This document shows, one piece after another, positions 45,502-52,878 of a stretch of 64,000 nt of DNA (positions within the stretch are counted from its first letter, which is position 1; the number at the start of each line of letters is the position of its first letter). The notes beneath the pieces are model-generated. The model was not told the DNA's origin, did not search any database, and was given only the letters and a program-made list of their open reading frames with translations. This stretch comes from Vulcanimicrobiota bacterium. Lineage in GTDB: Bacteria > Vulcanimicrobiota > Xenobia > Xenobiales > QWHO01. Both the position numbers and the translations under genes were made by a program. The DNA lies in assembly GCA_039809865.1 (NCBI GenBank), contig JBDHVW010000039.1:1758-65757 (forward strand), given 5' to 3'.

Positions 45502-46719
45502 TCAGCTGCCGACCGGTACCTCGGCGGCGGCGCCGCGAATCAGCACCAGAGGGGTCATCTCGTCGGCGTTGCCCTGGGGATTGGGCTTGAGCGCCTCCAC
45601 CACCTCGTTGTGACGGGACTTGTCCGACAGGTGGAGCACGTCGACCTTGCCCAGGTCGTTGGCGTCCACGATGGCACAGTCGAGCCCGGTCTCCCGCTTG
45701 ACCAGAGCCACCAGCTCGTCGCCCCGGGCGGGGCCCAGGACCACGTGCTTGTCGAACGGGGGCAGGGTGCCCGTGCAGTCGTCGATCACGGTGACTCCAC
45801 GTCCGGCGACCCGGTAGAACTCGCCGTCCTTGCGCGTCAGCTTGCCCAGCAGGCCGGCCGCGAAGGCCACCAGCAGCTTGGCCGTGCCTACCTCCTGGAA
45901 GGCCATCTCGAGCGCGTAGCACGACGACAGCGAGGAGTGCATGTGGAACAAGCGGTTCAGGCGGCGCGCCAGGTAGCGCGGCTGGATGTCCTCGCAGTAG
46001 ACGATCCGGCCCTGCATGATGGCCACCGCGGATTCGGCGATGGCCACGAGATCGCCCGGCCGGGCCACGCCCTCGGTGTATTTCTTGATGGTCTCCAGCA
46101 GGTCGTCGCCAGGGCGCAGGAGCGACGTGCGCAGGGGCACGACCTTGGGATTCTTCACCCCGCCCTTCTTTTTGGCCTTGGGGTCCTCGGGCACCGGGAT
46201 AGCCGGCTGCTCGTCCACCTTCGTGAAGCGGCTGAGGTCGAGGAACAGCTCCTCACGCCGGTAGATCATCGGGGTGCGCCCGTAATACTTGAAGAACACG
46301 TCCACACGCAGCTCGGTGAGGTCTTTGAGCAGCTTGCGGATGTCGTTGGCGGTGAGCCAGAGCTCCACCCAGACCTTGAGCTCCTCGCCGGGCACCAGGG
46401 TGCTCGCGTCCCAGTAGCCGTCAGCCCGCAGCTTGAGAGGGTTGAGCAAGCGACACACCGGCTGCAACTCGCTGAAATGCTCACCGGCGGGCTGGAGGTT
46501 GGCGCTGGCGTCGATCAGCAGGGCTTGCTGCGGCCCCGAGTTGATGAAGGGGAAACTGAATCGCAGACAGGCGTGAGAGTCGTCCACGATTTGAAGGGTT
46601 CGGTCGCCGAGTTGCTCGGCAGCCAGACGCAGCCGGCAGTCGCCGCGCGTCTGACAGAGGATCTCGAATCCGGCCCACCCGGCCAGACCCGCAAGGCCCA
46701 GGGCCCATAGCTTCAACAT
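45502..46719 (-). CDS. Fusion protein: N-terminal TM plus unknown domain, C-terminal F420-0:gamma-glutamyl ligase (CofE)-like domain
   Basis: LRPGDDLLETI....ARPGDLVAIAESAVAIMQGRIV and ..NPQGNADEMTPLVLIR resemble the CofE family. The start is taken at MLKLWALGLAGLAGW (46719). Confidence 0.5.
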   Translation of the reverse strand: MLKLWALGLAGLAGWAGFEILCQTRGDCRLRLAAEQLGDRTLQIVDDSHACLRFSFPFINSGPQQALLIDASANLQPAGEHFSELQPVCRLLNPLKLRADGYWDASTLVPGEELKVWVELWLTANDIRKLLKDLTELRVDVFFKYYGRTPMIYRREELFLDLSRFTKVDEQPAIPVPEDPKAKKKGGVKNPKVVPLRTSLLRPGDDLLETIKKYTEGVARPGDLVAIAESAVAIMQGRIVYCEDIQPRYLARRLNRLFHMHSSLSSCYALEMAFQEVGTAKLLVAFAAGLLGKLTRKDGEFYRVAGRGVTVIDDCTGTLPPFDKHVVLGPARGDELVALVKRETGLDCAIVDANDLGKVDVLHLSDKSRHNEVVEALKPNPQGNADEMTPLVLIRGAAAEVPVGS

Positions 46720-46817
46720 AGTTGCTCCGGAAGGAAGCCACCCGTTTGGGGGCAAAGATCATTGAGGTCCGGGGGATTTACGTGTCGTGTCCCCATCTCC
46801 TTCTGGAATCGAGCAGG

Positions 46818-48449
46818 ATGGTTCGTCTCTACGGAAGCTATAACGGCCGATACTTCATCGCGCAGATGCCCAACGAGGTGCGGATCCATCGCGGCGGACA
46901 GCTGCAGTGGACCCGTCCGGTTTCGCACGTGCGGGAGACGCTGGCGGTCGGCAATAACGGCGAGGTTTTCTTCCGCACCGAGACCGGCGTCTTCGTACGC
47001 CTTCCGTTTGATCGCAACTCGCAGCTGACCAAGGTCGAGCTGTTCCGCTCACGGCCCGAGGAGAACGTGCGTCTGGGCAAGCTGCGCATCAACGCGGACG
47101 GGCGCGAGTTCTGCTACGAGAAGATCCAGCCCGAGAAACGCCTCTCCGAGAAGATCTTCCGCCTGCTCGGCTCCAAGAAGGACGAAGCCGGAGCCAGCGC
47201 TCACAGCCTCAACCTGCTCAATCCTCGCTCGAGCGAAGCGCTGAGCTTCTTCTCGGCCACGCTGACCCACGGTCGCGACGACCGCTTCATGTGGGAGGTC
47301 TCGCCCTACTTCATCTATCTCGTGGTGGGGCAGACCGAGAAGAAGGGCCTCGTCTTCCAGGTGATCAACATCCCCGACAAGGCCGTCACGGCTGAGTTCG
47401 AGATGCAGGTGCAAGACGTCACCCGCTCCTGGATCAACGACCAGGGCACGGTGATGCTCGAGGTCAAGCGCGAAGAGGGCGTGACGCTCGTCATCGTGAG
47501 CAACAGCGGCAAGTTCTTGCTCGAGCCGCCTCCCAACTATCGCATCCTGCACCTGGGGCCCGACTGGGTGGCCTTCCAGACCATGGTCGACCCGCACATC
47601 ATCGTGCGCCGCTTCGACAACTCGCCCGTGGTGGCGGCCGATTTGCGGCCTCTCAGCAAGCTGGGGGTCGACTACCGGTTCCTCATCAACGACCGCGGCG
47701 ACGTGGACCTGGTGACGTTTGCGGAGGACCTGCTGACGGTTCACAACACCGATTTCCGCAACCTCGAGACCGACGCCAAGCGCTGGGAGCTGCTGGCTCG
47801 CCAGGCCGTCGCCAACGAGGAGAGCGAGCTGGCCCGCCGCGCCATCGAGGAGCACCAGGAGCGGGCCAACCGCATGGCGCGCGAGGAGAAGCAACGCGAG
47901 ATGATGGACGAGATTCGCTCCCGCGAGCCGGTCACCAGCCTGTCGCTGGAGCCCGCTCCCGAGTGGCCTCCCCGCCTGGAGACCAGCCCCGAGTGGCCGC
48001 CCCGTCTCGAGCTCGAGCCAGACAAGCCGCGCCGCGCGGGCTCGTCGGGCGAGCACCCGGCCATCCCTCTGTCGCTCGATGACACTCCGACGTTCCCGCC
48101 GCCTCTGCAGCTGGAGACCGCCACACCGCCCCTGGCGCCGGCGCACTCGGGGCGCGGAACCGACCCCTCGCTTTCCACGGACGAGATCGCCCGGGAGCTG
48201 GAGAAGCTCCAGATGCAGTACATCGCCGGCGAGATCGGGCGCGAGGAATATTACCGCCGCAAGAGCGATCTCGAGACCGCCAGGAAGACCGCCGCCGCCC
48301 GTCCTGCTGAGCCTCCACGCGTGCTCGAGATCGAGCGGCTGCCACTCCAGAAGGAGAATTCCGCGCCGCCGCCCACCATTACCCAGGGTCCCCGCCTCGA
48401 CCTGGGACGCTCGGGCCGCCTGAAGCCGCCCTCGGACGAGAACAGCTGA
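46818..48449 (+). CDS. Hypothetical protein with a coiled-coil/Pro-rich C-terminal part and a SHOCT-like motif
   Basis: STDEIARELEKLQMQYIAGEIGREEYYRRKSDLE resembles the SHOCT short C-terminal domain. ATG 46818 avoids overlap with the divergent gene. Confidence 0.5.
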   Translation: MVRLYGSYNGRYFIAQMPNEVRIHRGGQLQWTRPVSHVRETLAVGNNGEVFFRTETGVFVRLPFDRNSQLTKVELFRSRPEENVRLGKLRINADGREFCYEKIQPEKRLSEKIFRLLGSKKDEAGASAHSLNLLNPRSSEALSFFSATLTHGRDDRFMWEVSPYFIYLVVGQTEKKGLVFQVINIPDKAVTAEFEMQVQDVTRSWINDQGTVMLEVKREEGVTLVIVSNSGKFLLEPPPNYRILHLGPDWVAFQTMVDPHIIVRRFDNSPVVAADLRPLSKLGVDYRFLINDRGDVDLVTFAEDLLTVHNTDFRNLETDAKRWELLARQAVANEESELARRAIEEHQERANRMAREEKQREMMDEIRSREPVTSLSLEPAPEWPPRLETSPEWPPRLELEPDKPRRAGSSGEHPAIPLSLDDTPTFPPPLQLETATPPLAPAHSGRGTDPSLSTDEIARELEKLQMQYIAGEIGREEYYRRKSDLETARKTAAARPAEPPRVLEIERLPLQKENSAPPPTITQGPRLDLGRSGRLKPPSDENS

Positions 48450-48478
48450 TTCCCTCCGAAGCACCCCTGCTTCGCTCC

Positions 48479-49288
48479 GTGCCGGCTCCAGCGCCGGCGC
48501 CGCTTCCCAAGCTCTCCGACCACGGTGCCTGGCTCTGGCCCGCCAGCTGGCTGCTCCTGGCCGCCCTGGGCCCGCTATACCCGGGACCCCTGCTCGAGGC
48601 TGCCCGGCTCTTCTGGGTGGGCTTCTTCTCGCTGGTGCTGCACGATCTGGGCCATGCTTTCGCGGCCGATCGCGCCGGCGACCCCACCGCGCGCGCGGCC
48701 GGACGGCTGCGCCTTTCGCCTCTGGCCCACCTGGACTGGCTGGGCTCGTTCTGGATGCCGCTGATCACCGCCCTGGCCACGGGCTGCCAGGTCCTCGTGG
48801 GGTGGGCCCGGCCCATCCCGGTGCGCTACGAGTCCCTGCGCGACCCGCGCGGGGACGCGCTGCGGGTCACCGTCAGCGGCCCCCTCGTCAGCCTCGGGCT
48901 GGCCTATCTGGGTCTGTTGGGACTCGCGTTCCTCACCCTGGCGCTGCCCGAGAAGCTGACGCTGGACCCTCCAGGCGGGGTCTGGACCTATCCCGTGCTC
49001 AACCCCCAGCTGCTGGGCTGGGAGGCGCTGGCCAGCACGTTCCGCTTCTTTCTGGCCGTCAACCTGGTGCTGCTGAGCGTAAACTGCCTGCCCTTCCTAC
49101 CCTTCGACGGCGGTTGGATCGTGCGCCTGATCTCACCCCGCCCCTGGCGCTCGCTGCTGGAGCGGCTCCAGGCCCTGATGCTGCTGCTGGCCGTCCTGCT
49201 GGCCGTCCTCGGCCGCGGGGCCGTGCTGCTGGGGCCGGTGGCGGTCTTCTGGACGCTGGCCCTCAAAGCCCTGGAGCTGCTGCGATGA
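48479..49288 (+). CDS. Site-2 protease (peptidase M50)-like membrane protein with HDxxH in place of HExxH
   Basis: LVLHDLGHAF (cacgatctgggccat at 48641-48655) and the second S2P motif NCLPFLPFDGG. Multiple TM helices. Confidence 0.6.
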   Translation: MPAPAPAPLPKLSDHGAWLWPASWLLLAALGPLYPGPLLEAARLFWVGFFSLVLHDLGHAFAADRAGDPTARAAGRLRLSPLAHLDWLGSFWMPLITALATGCQVLVGWARPIPVRYESLRDPRGDALRVTVSGPLVSLGLAYLGLLGLAFLTLALPEKLTLDPPGGVWTYPVLNPQLLGWEALASTFRFFLAVNLVLLSVNCLPFLPFDGGWIVRLISPRPWRSLLERLQALMLLLAVLLAVLGRGAVLLGPVAVFWTLALKALELLR

Positions 49289-50481
49289 AGCGCCTCTGCT
49301 GCGGCGACTGCGGGGCCTGGCACGCGTTCGACGAGACGTTCTGCCCCGAGTGCGGCACTCTGGGGGAGGGGCAGCTGCCCGCGCGCTCGCTGGACACCTG
49401 GGTGCAGCCCTCGGTGGATACCTGGCTCAAGTCGGTGCGCCGCGGCGCCCGGTGGGTCAACCTGGCGCCGCTGGCCTACCTGAGCGCCGTTGTGGATAGC
49501 GCCGTGCGCCTGGCCACGCGCACGCCGGCCTGGACGCCCGCCTGGCTGGCGCCGCGCATCACTTTCTCGCGCTTGATGCCGGTGCAGATCTTCGGCCTCT
49601 CCCTGGCCCGCCTCGACCGCGAGACGTCCTGGCTCGAGCACGAGGGGTTCGTGCCGGCGGCCGACTTCGTGATCCCCGAAGAGGGGACCCCGTCCTTCTA
49701 CCGCCTGATGACTCGGCCGGGGGAGTGCACCTGGGCCCTGCTCACCGTGCCTTCGCCGGCCGGCCCGGACGCGCAAGACTGGCGCTGGAGCTTTCACAGC
49801 CTGCTGGGGGGCAACCGGTCCCTGGTCACGGTCGACCTGGAAGGGCTGCCGCCGGAAAGCGGATTGGAGGTGCAGGCGGCCGCGGGCTCGGTCTTCGACC
49901 GCCTGGCGGTGCACCGCCAGGCCCTGCTGCGCCACGGCCAGGCGCGCCCCGAGCCCGGTCAGGTGGGCTGGTTCTATCGCCACTACCAGCGCCTGACGGC
50001 CCGCCGCATGCAGGTGCGGATGGAGCGCGGCCAGCTGGTCCAGGCGCGGGCCGAGTGGTTCCGCCCCCAGTGCCTGCACCACCCGTGGGCCCCGGCGGTG
50101 CGCGAGTGCAGTTTCTGCCGCTCGCCCCAGTGCGATACCTGTGGGCTCACCGAGGAAGGCGTCTTCGGATGTGCCTCCTGCGCCACGCTCAAGCTCACCG
50201 GACCGGCCTCGCGCCGCGCCGGACCGTCGGCCGCCCGCAAGAGTCTGGGCGTCTCTCTCGACCTGGCGCTGGCCAGCGGGCTCTGTCTTCTCTGCGGCAA
50301 CCCGGTCCTGGCCGTGCTCTTGCTGCCCCTGGCCATGCTGCTGCTCACACTTCTTGGCAGCCCGGGGCGAAGGCTGGTGGGCCTGCGGCTCGAGCCGGCC
50401 GGCTTTCTTCAGCTCTGGTTGCTGGCCTGGTTTGGCTCCGAGCAGCTCAGCGGCTGCTCTTGCGCAGCTCGAGATAAGTGA
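49285..50481 (+). CDS. Zinc-ribbon protein with a C-terminal Cys-rich box and TM segments
   Basis: ATG overlaps the upstream stop (ATGA). N-terminus MKRLCCGDCGAWHAFDETFCPECG. Later Cys box CSFCRSPQCDTCG..GCASC, and hydrophobic tail LCLLCGNPVLAVLLLPLAMLLLTLL. Confidence 0.55.
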   Translation: MKRLCCGDCGAWHAFDETFCPECGTLGEGQLPARSLDTWVQPSVDTWLKSVRRGARWVNLAPLAYLSAVVDSAVRLATRTPAWTPAWLAPRITFSRLMPVQIFGLSLARLDRETSWLEHEGFVPAADFVIPEEGTPSFYRLMTRPGECTWALLTVPSPAGPDAQDWRWSFHSLLGGNRSLVTVDLEGLPPESGLEVQAAAGSVFDRLAVHRQALLRHGQARPEPGQVGWFYRHYQRLTARRMQVRMERGQLVQARAEWFRPQCLHHPWAPAVRECSFCRSPQCDTCGLTEEGVFGCASCATLKLTGPASRRAGPSAARKSLGVSLDLALASGLCLLCGNPVLAVLLLPLAMLLLTLLGSPGRRLVGLRLEPAGFLQLWLLAWFGSEQLSGCSCAARDK

Positions 50482-50842
50482 CCAGCAGCGCTTCCTGGGT
50501 GGGCGTGAGCTCGAAGTCGATCTGTCCGGTGTTCCCCCGCGCTCCATCGTGAGTCCATTGCACTTTGCCTTCGATCTGGAGGCGGCAGTCGTTGCGCAGC
50601 AGCATCACCATCTTGAGGCTCTCACCCACCTCGAAGCGGGTGGAGCTGCGGAAAATCAGGCTGCGGTGGTTCATCTCCTGGGTGAACAGCTTGAGCTCGG
50701 CCCCGGCCGGTTTGAGCACCTGAATCTGCAGCACGCGATTCAGCTCGATGAGCTGGTTGGGGTCTTCTTCCTGCACCGGTGCTGCGGCAGCGGCTTTCTT
50801 GGCTCCGAGCCAACCCAGGGCCCAGCGGGCGATGATCGTCAT
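50447..50842 (-). CDS. Small hypothetical protein, possibly PilZ-like beta-barrel (no canonical RxxxR)
   Basis: The strand pattern ..LKMVMLLRNDCRLQIEGKVQWTH....GNTGQIDFEL is reminiscent of PilZ C-terminal strands. The evidence is weak. Confidence 0.35.
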   Translation of the reverse strand: MTIIARWALGWLGAKKAAAAAPVQEEDPNQLIELNRVLQIQVLKPAGAELKLFTQEMNHRSLIFRSSTRFEVGESLKMVMLLRNDCRLQIEGKVQWTHDGARGNTGQIDFELTPTQEALLVTYLELRKSSR

Positions 50843-50950
50843 GGTGGCGGCGTCCCTTCCTCTACATCCCGACGACCGCTCCGGTCGTCGCTGCTCTCTG
50901 TTTGGACCGGCGACCCAGGGCTTTGTTACCTCGGGTGGAACCTCGTCGGC

Positions 50951-51526
50951 ATGCGCCTTTTTTGCTTGCTCTTGCTGACGACGCTCACCCTGTCATGTGG
51001 CAAACCCGTGGTCGCTCCCGAGTCTTTTACCTATGACGACGGAAAAGGCAGTTCGGTTCAACTGAAGGGAAAATCGGTCAAGGTGACCTCATCGCACTTC
51101 GATGCGATCGATTACCAGCTGGCCTCGGACAACATGTTCTTGAAGCTGACCGAGTTCAACGCCACCATCGATTCGAAGGGCACGCCGACGGGTACGCCGC
51201 CGACGTTGGGAAACGGCGTCAAGGTCGTGGCCGCCGGCTCGTTGCCCGACGCCCAGGTGCTGATCGCCCAGCTCGTGCCCACCAAAGACGGCGTCGGACC
51301 CGATTCAGCCTGGGTCGGCGGACGGCTCGATCACTCCGAGCTCGAGGGCGGCTTTTGGACCGTGGCCGCGATGGGCAACACCTTCGTGATCAAGGGCAAT
51401 CCCCCGAACGGCTTCGAGAAAGGCCAGACGGTGGTGGTCATCGGCAACGTGAACACCGACGAGATGAACGCCGCGCAAAGTGGGCCGCAGTATACCGCGA
51501 CAGCATGGAGACTGTGGAAAGACTGA
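50951..51526 (+). CDS. Lipoprotein, function unknown
   Basis: MRLFCLLLLTTLTLSCG carries a lipobox (L-S-C). The track ORF start at 50141 is an upstream extension overlapping other genes. Confidence 0.6.
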   Translation: MRLFCLLLLTTLTLSCGKPVVAPESFTYDDGKGSSVQLKGKSVKVTSSHFDAIDYQLASDNMFLKLTEFNATIDSKGTPTGTPPTLGNGVKVVAAGSLPDAQVLIAQLVPTKDGVGPDSAWVGGRLDHSELEGGFWTVAAMGNTFVIKGNPPNGFEKGQTVVVIGNVNTDEMNAAQSGPQYTATAWRLWKD

Positions 51527-51534
51527 CCGCAAGG

Positions 51535-51627
51535 GTCGAGGAGATTTGGGAGATTTCTTTGGAGATTATGGAGATTATTTCAAAAAATCTCCCGAATCCC
51601 CAAAATAATCCCCAGAATCTCCTCGAC
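51535..51627. repeat. AT-rich ~93-nt imperfect long hairpin made of GGAGATT / AATC(T/C)CC units, between convergent genes (bidirectional terminator or small structured element)
   Basis: GTCGAGGAGATT (51535-51546) pairs perfectly with AATCTCCTCGAC (51616-51627). The interior has GGAGATT x4 on the left arm and AATCTCC/AATCCCC x4 on the right, with central hairpin GGAGATTatttcaaaaAATCTCC. Confidence 0.7.
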
Positions 51628-51657
51628 CTCTAAACCCTCAAACGAGGTTTCCGCCCC

Positions 51658-52797
51658 TCAAACGAGGGCCGGTTTCCGCCCACTGAGGTTCTCAGGGTTC
51701 AGCGCCGACAGCGCATCCAGCACGAACCGCCCGTCCTTGCGCACGAGCACGTCGTCGAACCAGAGCTCCCCGCCGGGCTCCTGGCGCAGGACCAGATCCC
51801 AGTGGACGTTGGAGCGGTTGTGGTTCTGGGTCTCCTCGTAGCACTCGCCCAGGGCCAGGTGCAGACTGCCGCGGATCTTCTCGTCAAAGAGGATGTCGCG
51901 CATCGGCTTCTCGATGAAGGGGTTGAAGGCGATGGCAAACTCGCCGAAGTAACGCGCGCCCTCATCCGAGTTGAGGATGGCTTCCAGCGCCTCGTTGTTC
52001 GAGCACGATGAATCCACCACTTTGCCTTTGTTGAAGGTCAGGCGGATGTCGTCGAAGGCGGTGCCGCGGTAGATGGTCGCGCTGTTGAAGTGGATGTGGC
52101 CCTCCACCGAGTCGCGCACCGGCGCGGTGAAGCATTCGCCGTCGGGCACGTTGTGGGTGCCGGTGCAGGGCACCACGCCCACGCCCTTGATCGAGAAACG
52201 GAGATCGGTGTCGGGGGCCACAATGCGCACCTTGTCGGTCTTCTCCATCAGCTCCTTGAGGGGCGCGACGGCCTTCTCCATGGCGGCGTAGTCGGCCAGG
52301 CAGACCTTGAAGTAGAAGTCCTCGAAGGCCTCGCTGGACATGCCGGCCAGCTGCGCCATCGAGGCGTTGGGCCAGCGCAGCACGCACCAGCGGGTGTGCT
52401 TGACGCGGCGCTCGAGGTGCACGGGCTTCATCCACTCTTGCTCGTAGATGGACATGTGCTCGGCGGGGACGTCGGACATCTCGGTGATGTTGTGCGAGCC
52501 GCGCAGGCCGATGAAGGCTTTCATCTTCTCCATGCGGTTCAGCTCGAGCTGACCCATCAGCTTCATCCGCTCGCGCACCTGGTCGGCGCTACCGGCCTTG
52601 AGCAGGGCGCGCTGGATGGTGTGGTCTTTCATCTCCACGATCGGGACGGCGCCGACGGCCGTGGCCTCCTCGACCAGAGCCGTGATCATGGCCGGCGGCA
52701 CGTGGGTGGACTCGATCAGCACGTTGTCGCCCTTCTCGAGGCGGGTGGAGTGGGTGACCAGAAGACGGGCGAGCTCGCGGTAGCGGGGATCAGGCAT
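51658..52797 (-). CDS. Aminopeptidase, peptidase M29 family (AmpS/PepS-like)
   Basis: Starts at MPDPRYRELARLLVTHSTRLEKGDNVLI. Also has ...NVPDGECFTAP... and ...FGEFAIAFNP... blocks. The track ORF (to 53613) is an artefactual extension. Confidence 0.85.
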   Translation of the reverse strand: MPDPRYRELARLLVTHSTRLEKGDNVLIESTHVPPAMITALVEEATAVGAVPIVEMKDHTIQRALLKAGSADQVRERMKLMGQLELNRMEKMKAFIGLRGSHNITEMSDVPAEHMSIYEQEWMKPVHLERRVKHTRWCVLRWPNASMAQLAGMSSEAFEDFYFKVCLADYAAMEKAVAPLKELMEKTDKVRIVAPDTDLRFSIKGVGVVPCTGTHNVPDGECFTAPVRDSVEGHIHFNSATIYRGTAFDDIRLTFNKGKVVDSSCSNNEALEAILNSDEGARYFGEFAIAFNPFIEKPMRDILFDEKIRGSLHLALGECYEETQNHNRSNVHWDLVLRQEPGGELWFDDVLVRKDGRFVLDALSALNPENLSGRKPALV

Positions 52798-52878
52798 GCT
52801 GAGAGACCTCCAAAGGAATATGCGAACCCCTTTCGGCGCACGAGGGAGGATCCTCCCGAACGCGCGAAGCCTCCGGCC

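Noticed and set aside
52090-52878. Upstream extensions of several track ORFs beyond the start sites used here: 52090-55107, 51658-53613, 50141-51526, 48802-50481, 26315-27904, 15484-16215, 40650-41543 and 5840-6508.
   Set aside because: In each case the family-typical N-terminus, signal peptide or lipobox begins at an internal start with an SD. The extension also overlaps a neighbouring well-supported gene.
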